In this document: positions 25,100 through 38,711 of the stretch, one piece after another
How the letters are laid out: each line of letters starts with the position of its first letter
Numbering within the stretch: position 1 is the stretch's first letter
Notes under the pieces: model-generated
The model's database searches: none
The model's input: only the letters and a program-made list of their open reading frames with translations
Told to the model about the DNA's origin: nothing
Program-made: the position numbers and the translations under genes
Assembly (NCBI RefSeq): GCF_001194135.2
Contig: NC_068982.1
Location: 32,392,706-32,456,705, forward strand
Length of the DNA stretch: 64,000 nucleotides
Direction: 5' to 3'
Source of the DNA: Octopus bimaculoides
Lineage: Eukaryota

Positions 25100-26013
25100 G
25101 ATTTTGTCAATTATCCAGTATAGTAGGGTCAGTTGGACACATTCTCTGATGACAGGGAGAGACTTTGGTTCATTGGCTGTCACTGCTGATATCCTTAAAA
25201 TATCTGATGGAGTAGGATATGGTCTTGTCACCTGCATAGTTAATCAGGTTATTTAGGAAGATGTCATCCCCAATGACTGGTGTAGCAGCATTATAGACAG
25301 CTACTACAAGGATAAGGGAGCTGGATGGAATTACAGAGGCATCAAGTTACTGGACCGAGTGATGGTAGTTATGGGAAGAACTATTGCCCAATGAATTAGA
25401 AACAGAATTAGATTAGATGAAATACAACTTCGCATTGTGCTGGAGAGAAGCACTACTGATGTTATCTTTATAGTCAGACAACTGCAGGAGAAGTATTTGG
25501 TTAAGAATAAACCATTGTACTTGGAGTTTGTTGACTTGGAGAAAGCTTTTGATAGAGTACATCACTGAGTGATATGGTGGGCTCTGAGAAAGCTGGGGTA
25601 GATGAGTGGCTTGTAAAAGTCATACAAGCCATGTATAAAGGTTCTGTTACATAAGATAAGAGTTAACCATGAGTACAGTGATGAATTTAGTGTACAGGGA
25701 AGTGTTCATCAGTGTTCAATTCTCAGTCATCATTATCTTCCAGACTATAACAGAGGAATTCAAGACTACCTGCCCCTGGGAACTGCTACATGTTGATGAT
25801 CTTACTCTCATAGCAGATTCTGTGACAGAACTAGGATAGAAATTTCAGATGTGGAAGCAAAACATGGAATCATAGGGCCTTAAGGTTATCACAGCAAGAC
25901 TAAGGTTCTAATAAGCCAGAAACAGACAGGACCCTTCTCCCATCAGGTAAATGGCCCTGCTTGATATGTAGGAAAGGTGTTAGCAAGAACTCTATAAGGT
26001 GTACCCAGAGCAA
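25100..26013 (+). mobile_element. Decayed RTE LINE reverse transcriptase fragment
   Basis: YRGIKLLDRV..., STTDVIFIVRQLQEKY...FVDLEKAFDRV, WWALRKLG, LLHVDDL, with stops and frameshifts. Confidence 0.9.
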
Positions 26014-26419
26014 TCTGTTGCTAAACCTTTTAATCTCTTCTAACAACATACATGAATATCATGATGATGATGATGTGTGTGTGTATGTGTGTATGCATTT
26101 GTGATTATGCATGTAGATATTCATATATGTATATATTGTTTATGTGAGGAATCATGGCCTAGTGGTTAGAGGGTTGCACTCATGATCGTAAGATCATGGT
26201 TTCAATTCTTAGACCAGGTGGTGCGTTGTGTTCTGGAGCAAAATGCTTTGTCTCATGTTGCTCTGCAATCACTTTGACACCTGGCGCATAATACACTGTG
26301 AACCTGTTCAGTTCAGACAATGTTGATTTGATGGAGGAAATGAGGTAATGTACGGCACATGTGTTTGATCATTATAAATAAACCCTTTGTGCAGGTTGTT
26401 CAGCAAAAGCTAAACATTC

Positions 26420-27300
26420 ACATATTGTCCTTGATGGGAGAGTCCACCAAGCTCGGAGCTGAGAAAACTGATAAGGAGGATACAAGAGGCGGTCGAAAAA
26501 GCCAGCTTCTATATATGGCTGAAGCGGGGAGACCAAATATGGCTTGAAAGTCATAACATGCCTAGGTGAGACAGGCTGATACTGAAGTGGCTGCACGCCC
26601 TCCATTGTCAGTTAAAGTTTAGACAGTGTCATGTGACAACTTGCTGGGGCTACTTGCTGGAGCCTAGCAGTGGGAAGTTTAGACAGTGTCATGTGACAAC
26701 TTGCTGGGGCTGCCTACTGGACCCTAGCAGCAGGTATAAAAAGGGGAATTTGACATGACAATCAGTTGGACGCTGACACTCGTTGNNNNNNNNNNNNNNN
26801 NNNNNNNNNNNNNNNNNNNNNNNNNNNNNNNNNNNNNNNNNNNNNNNNNNNNNNNNNNNNNNNNNNNNNNNNNNNNNNNNNNNNNNNNNNNNNNNNNNNN
26901 NNNNNNNNNNNNNNNNNNNNNNNNNNNNNNNNNNNNNNNNNNNNNNNNNNNNNNNNNNNNNNNNNNNAATCCACCAAGGGAAGGTATGTCAGAAGAAAGT
27001 AATTCAACAACGCGGGTTGATGAACCATAAGACGTGTGGCCAGAACCTCCTGGAAAATAACCATAGTGAGGGACATTCCACAGTTGAATTAGAACATTCA
27101 CAAACAGTGAAAGAAGACATGCACCCAACACCAGAGCTGAAGACACCTCCGAAAGGGGGTGGCCCCACCACGTCAAAATGGTAGAGGAGTAGGGGCCAAA
27201 ACCGGACGTGGTTCCTCCTGATGATGTCTTGAGCTAACTGGATCCTATAAAGGAGCTGTTGTGGTAGCAGACCACGAAACATGGTTGAAATTCCTATAAT
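26420..27300 (+). mobile_element. Unclassified GC-richer retroelement-like segment, possibly Penelope-like
   Basis: 60-bp tandem duplication followed by TATAAAAAGGGG. After the gap, an ORF end VIQQRGLMNHKTCGQNL loosely resembles a GIY-YIG C-terminus, then CTGATGA...CGAAAC. Confidence 0.4.
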
Positions 27301-27338
27301 TTAAAATTATATGTATGTAATATATATATAGTTCTCCC

Positions 27339-27382
<44 letters not shown>

Positions 27383-30300
27383 CACACCATCACATACACA
27401 CACTTTCACTGTTGTTAGCAAATGAAGCTCCTCAAGTCATTTGCATGAGTTTCATGTTGTTGATTATTCAAAACAATAGAAAAAAGCAGTGTGACTATGT
27501 ACAAGTAAAAATGCTCATTAACTCTTTGAAATATGATAAGTCACTGTGATTTGATTGATTGCCAAAAAACGTTAAAAATGTATGAATCATTGATTTATTC
27601 AATTTTTATTTTTTGTCAAACATGAATTATATATTTATTCAGTCGCAAAACAGGTTTCCATGTTTTTCAGGAGTATATGTGAGAAACACACCAACAGGAA
27701 TGAGATTATTGTTTAAGCCATCCTCAAGTTAATGAAAATCTGAATTTTTATCATTTTTTTTATTAATGATCTTTCACGGTATGGCAAAACTAAGATGTGG
27801 ATATGATTTTAAGCAGTTGATATTTGGAAATTCCCCAATAAATATTGACAGAAATATCCGGAAGAATTCCTATTTTTCATTTGTGAACAAGCATTCACTA
27901 ATTCATATACTCTTCTCCATAATTTGTGAAGCACTGTCCAAAGAAGCTACAAAAACTAAAACTTAAACAGCAGCCCTGAAATTTCTAGTAATGTGCATTA
28001 ATATAACATCCAAAAAAGGAGTACATTAAGTGCCTTACTGGAAACACTACATTGTATTGAATCAAATATGTATTCAATGTTCTTTAAATGAAATGAATAC
28101 AGGAAAATGAGGTAAGCCTCAAAATTTCCTCCACAGTATAAACAACTAGAATCATTTGAAGTTTATGTTTTCAGTATGATAAAAACATTTTTGTCTTTTT
28201 TTAAATCATTCAGCAACTTTTAAAACATATATGAAAATTTAATAAAATCTAAAAACACCAAACACACTTATTTCTTTAGATACAACCAAGATATGGAAGA
28301 AAATGGTAAATGGTATTCAACAGACACCTTTCCAGCAATATACAAAATACCTATGAGAGAACCAACTCTATTACTCATTATTAGTTTACAAGTAAAAAAG
28401 ATAGCCACCAGCATAAAGTTAGATAATAGAGTAAAATCTTTAGTGGGAACCATACAATACTTTTAAAGGTCATAATGAGAATTTTCTTCAAACATCAAAT
28501 ATATATAAATAAATCTGCGAAGAAGTGAAATAAAATAAGTTGGAAACTTTCCAGCATTTACGACACTGTATCATTAAACATACTATCTCTCTTTAAAATT
28601 CTATCAACAAACATTTACTTTCAGACACTCAAGAAGCCATCTTACCACTTCACTGTCCAAACATATATATGGAATTTAAGTAATGATAACAATAGCAAAT
28701 ATGAATTCTGTTGCTTCATTATGGAACAGGAATCTCCTTACATTAATGACTCTACAAAATGTGATTTTTGTCCCTTTCCGAAGTATAACACATGATAGTA
28801 ATTTGCACTTTTGAACTAAATATCAGAATTGGTGAATATACATTGATATATGTGGAACGGTTGGAAGGGTTTCCAAATACCAACTGGTTAAAAATTTTTT
28901 TTTTTTTTTATTATACTAAATTTGTCACACCCCAAATGATAGTCATACACTGAAACAAACAAACAAACAAAACAAACAATTTTTTCCTTTGTACTAAACA
29001 ATAAGCTAACCCTTTACTTTTGTGCATGTTTTATTATCAAATGCATGAAAATATGTGTTTTTACAGACAAATAGATGAATGTACCATGTGTTCTGTGTAT
29101 ACAAATAGAACAGCTGACTTGATTTTGGGGGCGTTTTTTTGGCAATCAATCAAATATCAATGTTAAATATGTTTACCTACACCTTTGTTTATATATTGCC
29201 AAACTACTTACTTGCTTAAACGGTTTGAATAATTGGCAGGGTGAAACTCAGCATAGATATTCAAGAAGTTCCAGCTTGCATCAAATATATAAAAACTCTA
29301 CTTTATATATTGAGTACTTTTTACTGTGTTTGTAAACATAAAAGTTCACCAACCCATAAGTCTAAATATCATTAATACAAGTGCTAACCATTAACAATAT
29401 TTCTTCTGACATCACAATATACTGGAGTGAAAGAAACAGACTATATTTTTCATTTTAAAGATGAAAAATATAGTCTTTATTTTTTTTACATGCTTAATTC
29501 AGAACTTATTTCAGTTTCAGTGCCATTGAAAAGAATTCTGGTTCAACAGATTGAAAATAATTAAGCATATACCAGAGATTAAATAGTATTTTAACCATTA
29601 AGAGATAACTGGAGCAATCTAGTTTACTAGAACGATAGTACATCTTTTCAACACTATCTATACATTTCTAAGTCTATTAAGATTCAGATAAAAAAAAATT
29701 AAGGATATTAAATGATAGCATCATTTCACGTTTAGTGTGGAAGCATCAGTAAGCTTTGTCTACAAAATATCAATAATCATGCACAAAGAATTTATAATTC
29801 GAATGGAATTCAATAATCAATACATAATTTTTAATATTGAATCACATTTTCACACCCTTTGTAATATTTATGCTTTTCTTTCGTGGTTTTATATCCATTT
29901 CCCCATATTAGTACGAATACAGACATTTTCTACTATTTTTTGCTTCTTTTGGTGCTTGTATCAATTACGGTGACAAAATTGGTTTTATTTTTTTATTTTT
30001 TTATTTTTTAGTATTGGAAGCAGTTCTCAGACAAATTACTCAAAATAGAACAGCTGCTTTTCTTTTATGATGTAATAAAAGGAAGACAGACAATACCTAG
30101 AACCTTTTGTAAGGCCTCTTAAGACTGATTTGAAAAAAAATGAGGTAAAATGCATCTTCAAGGTTGTGTAGACTGGAGTTTTGATCCGAATGCTTGGAAA
30201 AGGGTCGATTCTGCAAATGCCACATGGCATTAGACTGGGTGACCATTTGAGCAAATGTAGACTGTTTGGTTGTTTGATTTCAGGAATAACATCAATAACT

Positions 30301-30439
30301 TCTGAAGCTTTTGTATTTTTATATCATCATTTTACTCACAAAATCATTAAAAGGCATATCGCACATTATATATATAATGTTATATATGCATTGTATATAA
30401 ATTATACATAATATATTCATATGCATGCACTCTCTCTCA

Positions 30440-30470
<31 letters not shown>

Positions 30471-30561
30471 ACACACACACAATTATATAATTATTTTTCA
30501 GCAAAGAAAGAAAAGCACAATGAAAGAATAAAATAAATGGAAACATATGATGTGTACTTAC

Positions 30562-30712
30562 GATGTTTCTTCTTTGGACAGTGTTGGATCTGACATTTTC
30601 TGCGTATGATCGGTTTTGTAGCTGGGTCACAATCTTCAGTCGGTTGACGTGATGCAATATCAAGGCATTTCACCAGACGAATCTGGTCACCAGTTCCACA
30701 AGTTTTGGTGCA
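30562..30712 (-). CDS. ADAMTS7/12-like protease, last TSP1-repeat exon
   Basis: cttag|TGCACC...CATC|gtaagt. 151 nt, phase 0/1. Encodes CTKTCGTGDQIRLVKCLDIASRQPTEDCDPATKPIIRRKCQIQHCPKKKH and joins in frame to the WSK end of the previous exon. Confidence 0.95.
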
Positions 30713-31324
30713 CTAAGAAGATAAAAAACAAAATACTCTTTTTTGAAAATGCAAAATCTTGAAGTCAAATTGATTTATAATTATGCATAAAATGATATAT
30801 TCAAATACACTTATCTCCAACCACCCAACGCCCACACATACATATATTACATTCACACATACATATATTACATTCACACATTCATATATAGGAAGAGAGA
30901 GAGAAATAGAGAATGAGGATCAGATAGGAAGATGGATTCAGTAACAACCATTCTGGAGAGCAGTGCTTTTGTGAAGTGCAGGGGTGAGATGTGGACCCCT
31001 ACAACATGCCACAGTGAAGGTATTACACATAAAAGACCAGTAATTTAGAATTAAATTTCTGTACAGAGTAGACATGGACTTTGCAAGCTGTAGTGAAAGC
31101 AATCCATCTTAGACAGCAGCAGCTCTGAGTAAAGCCTGATAGAGCGCATTAGAAACACTTCAGTCCTGTCAGGTAACAAATGCAAATGACAGAGTAAAAA
31201 GCACAAAGTGATTCGTGATCAGAAGGGTATCCAGACATAAAAGGAAAATATCAAGAATTTTAACAGTCTTATCAGTTCTACCTCCTTTGGAAGCAGAAAT
31301 GATTTTAATAAAACAATAATTTAT

Positions 31325-31555
31325 ATTATTTACATTATTTACATTTGACGGATAATTGTTCTCATCTTGTTTGTTGTTAACACAATGTTTCGGCTGATAT
31401 ACCCTCCAGCCTTCATCAGGTGTCTTGGGGAAATTTCAAATCTGGGTTCTCATACCTAAGGTATTTTTCAATATTATTATTATTCAGGTCATTGCTTGGA
31501 ATCGAACTCAGAATCTTGGGATTAGTCGCCCATGCTCTTAATCACTACGCCATAT
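31325..31555 (-). mobile_element. tRNA-headed SINE carrying a hammerhead-like core
   Basis: A box TGGCGTAGTGAT (31552-31541), B box GAGTTCGATTCC (31509-31498), hammerhead core 31424-31379, and tail gtcaaatgtaaataatgtaaataat. Confidence 0.8.
31379..31424 (-). ncRNA. Minimal type I hammerhead ribozyme motif
   Basis: GACAC-CUGAUGA-A-GGCUG(gagggUaUaU)CAGCC-GAAA-CAU-U-GUGUU. Stem I is 5 bp, stem II is 5 bp, the core is intact, and stem III is reduced to one pair. Confidence 0.7.
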
Positions 31556-32959
31556 GTCCATGGGCATATTGCATAGTGATTAAGACACCTGATTTTACAC
31601 ACATATGATATATGTGTGTATGAATATGTTACACGCCACACACAAACAAACCTACTGTTAACCTACAGGAAGAACTTAAGTTTCATTTCAGAGAATGCTT
31701 GAATGCACAATTAAAAAAAAAGAAAAAGCCAGGTTAGCAGCACCATGTAAGAGAATTTAATTGCTATATTCAGAAAGAAAACTGTGCTGCTAGAATCTAT
31801 AATGTAAATAGTTGATACAAAAGTAGAAAGACTTAAACAGTTGACAATGGAAACATCACAGCCCTCAAGTAAAGATGAAATACTAAAGACTTGGCAAGAC
31901 GTAGTTTCTATGAAACCTGCATTTGTCAGGCTTCACACATAAAATTGTACTGAATTGAAACATTTACAGATGTTGTATCATATAAATGCTACCAATGACA
32001 GCAAGAATGAAAGGACATCAATACAGTGGTAGCTATTATGAAGTTGATGGTAGTCAGAATTAGTATATGAGTTTAGATTATGAAACTGAAGCTAGTTGTG
32101 GTGTATCAGATGACATTTGACATGCTGTAAGTGCTGAGATCAAATCCCTGAAAGAAGTTCTGTCTTCATAAGCACAGTACATATGGTCAGTGTCTTTCTT
32201 CACCTTGTTTCTTGAGTACGTAGCAAATGGTTCAGGTTTGCTATCTGCTTTAGTCTACAATCTAGTGATGTGGACGATTTGTCATTCATCTACTTCATAT
32301 CATAAAAGTGATGCAAAGTTAATATCCCTGACAAAAATCACTACAGAGCTTATGAGATGTTTAGTTGTTCTACATATACAGGGGTAAACCAAAAAATGAC
32401 CTTCAATGTGGTCACTTGAATTGCTAAAATAGCAGCCAAGTTTCTCTCAAAATGCACTTATTTTCTTTAAAAAAGGTTACATTGGACACTGAAGTCATGG
32501 ATATACTAAACACATCTTTGAGGTCCTGTCTATTGAACATGCAGATATAAAAAGGATCATATTTTTTTGTTCTGCCTTTATATCTCACCCCCTTTTTTTT
32601 ATTATATTGGAGCCCTAGTATGTATTACCTCCTTTTTTTGTGTGTGTTTGGGTCATCTGTATGTAGATGTGACTAAAGGATGCTGCAACCTTGTTAAGTG
32701 AGCTTTTATAAAATCATTCATAGATGGCAGGTGAATTGCCCAGAACAATTTCCTCCAAAATTTATTCAAACAAAGCACAACACACACACCCACACATACA
32801 CATATCTCCAATTTTTCAACTTATCAAACCTCAATTGGTGAAAAGCCCACAACCTTCAATGCCAATAAATTGTTGTTGTTCCTGAACATCGATTTGTATA
32901 CCTGCCATGGACTGGTCAAAGTTTACAAACTTTCTAAACTTAGATCCTTGGATCTTACA

Positions 32960-32990
<31 letters not shown>

Positions 32991-34911
32991 ATACAATCCA
33001 GATGATAGGTTTGTATACACTTTTCATGAAGGCACATAGCTTAGTGTTCAGAGGTATTTAGCTCACAATCATGAGGTAGTGAGTTCAATTTCCAATGGAG
33101 CATTGTGTTCTTGAGCAAGACACTTTATTTCCTGTTGTTCCAGTCCACTCAACTGGCAAAAATGAGCAATACCTTTATTTTAAAAGACCAGCCTTGTCAC
33201 ATATTGTGTCATGCTGAATCTCCCTGCGAACTACGTTGTGAGTACATGTTTCTGTGGAGTGCTCAGCCACTTGCATGTTAATTTCCTGAGGCTGTTCTGT
33301 TGTTTGGGTCAACTGGAATCCTCATCATTGTAACCAATGGAGTGCCAGTTTTATACACCTTCCATCTTCCCACTTTCATTCACAAGCTATGGCTCACCTC
33401 AAGCCTTCAGAGGATGACATTTGCCCAAAATGTCATGCAGTGGGGTTGAACCAAATATCCCATTGTTCCAAAGCAAACAACTTAATCATTTGGCCATGTA
33501 TGTATGCAGGTATCATACATATATGTATCTTTGTGTGTGATGAGAGTATGAGTTTTAATGACAAATTTGAGAGAAAAACTTCTAAACTTGGGATGTATGT
33601 AAAATTATGTCTCTGGCTTTGAACAATTTATAAGATCATAATTTCAGAAAATTGTCTTAGATTTTTTACTTCAGTTTTTTAAATTATTGAACAGTTGGAA
33701 TTTTTACACCTTAATCACGAATGTAATGCTAATTGGAGAATTTCTATTTTGGTGGGCGTGGTTTCTCCCCCAACCACAGCTCAGTTCCATATCTAAAAAT
33801 AAACGTGTTTGTGGACACTAGCTTGCAAATTATTTTGTGCATTATTTTGTACTTATATAGAGTTACATATGAATGTATATATGTGTATGTACATAATTTT
33901 ACAGCTCATTGATTGCCTGTATGGTGGCAGACTATTTAAATAGACAGACAGATTGACTGAGAGATAGACTTGTAGACAGACAGAGAAATAAATAGATAAC
34001 TAGATAAATAAACAGAAAGATAAGCAAATGAATAGATTCATGTGTTTATATGAGTATATAAACATTTGTTTCTGAGAGTGAATGATATACATTAATATAA
34101 GACATTCTTACATTTATGATAATAGAAAATACTAAGATGTTGAGCATATTCCTGACTAAATATTACACGTTTATTCATACTAATGCAAATATATACATAA
34201 GCTCATTTATATATATTTGCATACATTTACACACACGCTCAAATGTTAAAAAGTCTGACTCAAATTTATAGGCTCATTAAACTGGAGCTTATCTCAGTTT
34301 CCTACTAAGAATATAGATTACTCCTTTGTATAGGATGTCAGTCCACTGCAAGTTAACTGTTACTTACAGCTAACATTCATTTAAGCTGAGCAGATTGGTA
34401 TAACAGTAAGGGTTGTATCATGTTGAATGGTACAATGTGCCACCCAGTCTAGGAACAAAAAGCAACATTACAATCATTACTCCAACACCTCAACCACTAA
34501 GCTATATGCCTTTGATTGCATATACACCAACACATATAAGCAAACTCACACATAATGACAGATGGAGTTTTTTAGCTAAAGCATTAATACCACTGTACTA
34601 CAACTATATCATCATCATTATTACTATCATCGTTGTCATTGACATTATCACCAGCATCATTTCTGTTTGTTTCTCCATGCTGTTATGAGTTAGACTAAAC
34701 TTTTTGAATCAAACTAGATGTTCTTTCTGTAATCTGACCTTACCTGTTCACTGAGTTAGGTATTTCTATTATTTTAGTCCTCATTCACCAAAAATGATTA
34801 AACTACTGAAATTTCCAGTCTTTTGTTTACAGGAGAATATCAACAAATAGTAATTATTTTTTGCTCAGCTGTGTTAATGAGGACACAGAAAAGAGACACT
34901 CATACACATGC

Positions 34912-34960
<49 letters not shown>

Positions 34961-35301
34961 TACATATATGTCTGGCTTCTTCTTAGTTTCTATCTGCTGT
35001 GAATTTCACTCCCAAGGCATTGGCCAATCCAAAGATCTCTCCTAGAATACACATTCCAAAGGTGCCACACTGTAGAACCAAACCCAGAATCATATGGTGG
35101 CACAGCAAACTTTGTAACCATGCATCCATGTCATCGCTTATATCCATGTATGAAATCCTATCCAATAAGTTTAATAAACATATATTTAATCTCACTGTGA
35201 GAATATATGAATATGCACATATCTATCATTTCTGAAACAGTACTGTGTTGGAGTTTTTTGTTAATAAATGTATTTGTAATTTGATACACTCACATCATTA
35301 C

Positions 35302-35355
<54 letters not shown>

Positions 35356-36294
35356 CACTGAAGCCAGAAATTTGTTGTAGAGATAGTAGACAGAGAAATA
35401 AGTAAATTATAAATACGAAGAACATAATTTCAGTTATTCGTTACAAGATTTATAAGATGATCGTTATCCTGTTTGTAATCTCAGAATATGTTCCTGAATT
35501 AAGTAATTCAATGTAGCTCGTACGAAAAACAGAAATTAGATAATTGAATAATTATACAAATAAAATAAAATAAGTAAGAAATGAAGACAAACAGTATTGT
35601 ATGAAATGTATAGAAAAATCAGTTTAGAAGTAAAAAGAATGAAATGGAGCAGAGTAACTGAAAAACTAGAGAAAATAATGATTGAAAAGGAAGTTTGAAA
35701 TGAGGATGGTAATGGAGTTGTCACTCTTCTACTATCAATTGTATTGAATTTATAAGTCTTGCATTTATCAGTGTTCATACTGACACCATGAAACATGGTT
35801 GTAATAGAGAAAAGTTAAGAGGAAATCTTTGTTTAGGATATGTCTGCCTTCCATTAACACTGTCTGTCATCAGATATATTCCTCTCAAATCATAAATAAA
35901 GCACGAAGCGTTTAAAATGTTGGAAAGGAGCAAGTAATGGAGAGTGTTTTGTCCAGCTGAAATTATAAACCCATATCCGTATGTGATGTGATGTGATGCG
36001 ATGTGATGCAATAACATTAGGCACATTGAAAGGGAAAGACAAGTAGGTGTATGACATATATATATATATATATATATTAAAACAATTAGTTTAAACATTT
36101 ATGGAACTTTTGTCATAATGCGCATATCTCTACATAGAAACGTATACTTATATATGCGTGCACACATAAGTACATAGAAGCATAAATACATAGATACATA
36201 CACATTGATAAATACAACTGTGCATACATATATGAACACATACACATTCATAAATACAAACAAGCACCCAAACACACACACACATATATGTAAG

Positions 36295-36344
<50 letters not shown>

Positions 36345-36393
36345 AAGTAAANNNNNNNNNNNNNNNNNNNNNNNNNNNNNNNNNNNATATATA

Positions 36394-36429
<36 letters not shown>

Positions 36430-36469
36430 CATGTATGCACACAACATGGTTGTTGCTGGTGTCATGTAA

Positions 36470-36875
36470 ATGGCACCCAAGAGATCATAGTTGTGGCCAT
36501 TGTCAGTAGCATGATCTTTGAATGTTGGGCCTCACAGTGGTGATAACAAGAGACCAAGACCTATGATGATAAGCTGTGCTTGAGAAGACTTGTCAAAGCA
36601 AGTGAAATCATAGTCATGGCTATTGCCAGTGTCATGTAAATGGCCCCAGGAAATTTTAGTCATGGCCTTTGCCAGTCTCATGTAAATAGCACCTGTGCTG
36701 ATGGCATGCAAAAATCACCCATTACACTCTTGGAGTGGTTGGCGTTAGGAGAGGCATTCAGCCATGGTAACCATGCCAAATCAGACTGGAACCTGGTGCA
36801 GTTCTCTGGTTTACCAGTTCCAGTCAAACCATCTGACGCATGCCAACATGGAAAGCAAATATTAAATGATGATCA
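36470..36875 (+). mobile_element. Decayed RTE 3' UTR/tail
   Basis: gagaccaagacctatgatgataagctgtgcttgagaagac...gccaacatggaaagcaaatattaaatgatgat. Confidence 0.7.
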
Positions 36876-37176
36876 CACACACACACCTTAAAAACAATGA
36901 AACTGAGATCCTGAAAAAGAAATGCCTTGCATCATCTTGTAAGACTTTTATTTTAAGACATTCATATCTTGTAAAACATTTATTTCTTATCAGTATGGTT
37001 AGAGAGAAGGAGTTGTGCCCATAGGATCTGCTCACCCTCTGAGTCTGATAAAATTGACACAACTAATGTTTCTCTCAAACAGGTGAAAATCATCATTTTC
37101 AAAAAAAAAAAAATTGGGTTTGGAATTCTAGAGGACCCAAATTATGAAAATGAAAGAGTGTTCTAAGCACTACTTA

Positions 37177-37395
37177 AGAGTAGGTGCTGAAAAGCTCTTG
37201 GCTTTAAGGGCATTGCAAGAGGCCTGGTTGGGGGCTCAAACTTCCAAGTTCTTTTACCGGGCTTAGAAAAACTGAGGGACTACTGCAATAAGTATGTGAA
37301 TCTGAGAGGGCAATATGCTGAATAAAATCATAATTAACTAATCTTACTGTATTTTCTTTTACCCAAAACCAGGAACTTTTCAGCACACCCCATCA
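37177..37395. mobile_element. Mariner-derived MITE
   Basis: TIRs ggtgctgaaaagctcttggcttt and aaaaccaggaacttttcagcacacc, with TA flanks. Confidence 0.7.
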
Positions 37396-37409
37396 TACAT
37401 AGTGCAAGA

Positions 37410-38050
37410 GCAGTATCAGAAATAGTAAATGCAACATGGATAATGAGAGGACAAAAGGTACTCAAGTCAGGAGCATCTGGTGGGAGGAAGCACAAGACCT
37501 ACAAATCCCAAGGGGCAGAAGCCACTGTAATAGTAATAGAAGAGACAGTGAGAGCTGCCAGCATAGTTGTTGGCCAGAGACCGGAGTGTGTTGTTGATTT
37601 CATACTAATTATTTAAGTAGCCTTTCTATCCCAGATGTAGGAATAATAATAATAATATACTGTGGATCTCACCTCAACTCTACAAAGGGTTAGAAACTGT
37701 TGGGAGATGAAGTATTTCCTATTCCTGAAGATAAAGGTCAATCTTTCTGATGCAGTTTTAACTCTGTTGAGAGCATGCATTTGTCAGCAGACATCTCCAG
37801 ATATGGTGAAGCTTAGTATTTGGAGCCCTGTGCTGATTATACTTATGGGACTGTAATAATGTTATTATTTGATATTCATAGCAAGTGTGTATTTGTGCTG
37901 TTGAGGGTGACTGGATTGGCATGAACTCCACTTGAATTAATTTTCAAAGTCTCTGGTTCATGGAGTCAGGTGTGAGGTATGTGACATCTAGGTTGCAGGA
38001 AGATGATGCTTGAGTGTGGAAGATTAAGGAGGAATGGGAGTTGGAATTCA
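37410..38050 (-). mobile_element. Decayed CR1/Jockey-group LINE 3' fragment
   Basis: Minus strand KTASERLTFIFRNRKYFISQQFLTLCRVEVRSTVYY resembles KxAxxKLGFLxRxxxYF..QLxxLYKxxVRPxxEY. It is followed by an SHCLFYYYYSGFCP-like segment. Confidence 0.6.
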
Positions 38051-38678
38051 CTTGTGTCAGAGTAATTGTTGTTTCACCCTTTAGCATTCAGATTATTTTG
38101 TTTGAGTGTAATATTGTTTTGAATTAATCATAACTTATCTGATAGCTTTCAGATTTTGACAATCTGATCGTTTATTTTTTAGAATGATATTGTAGTGTAG
38201 GTGTGAAAGGCTAAATCTGGCTGGTTTGAACATAAAACAAGTAAAAGATTTGATCTGGATATGGCTGGTTCAAATGATAGCAAGCGGGTCATTGATGTAT
38301 AAGTGAAAAAGTCCTGAGAGCAAAATAAAACTTTCAGACACATTAGAGTTGATAAATTTCCAATAATATATTTATATTATGGAATCGTAACATATGACAT
38401 ATATTATTATAAACAGCTTACATGTGTGCATGCATGCATGTATATGTATGGTGGGGTGCATGTGTATATATAACAGGCTCTCCTACACATTCCATCAACC
38501 AAATTTTACTTACAAGGCATTGTTCAACTCTCATAGTTACAGCAGAAGTACCAAGCAAAGGAATTGAAATTAAGGTCGTCCCATAGGTGTGAACTTCTTA
38601 ACTACACAGCCATGATTATACTCACAAAGATATATAATTCCAGCATGGAAAACAGACATTATATGATGATGATGATGA

Positions 38679-38699
<21 letters not shown>

Positions 38700-38711
<12 letters not shown>

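Noticed and set aside
27673-27727. Small plus-strand exon-like segments (GVYVRNTPTGMRLLFKPS; also 19103-19135 and 20150-20180)
   Set aside because: They are short, have weak donors or acceptors, show no recognisable homology and form no coherent chain.
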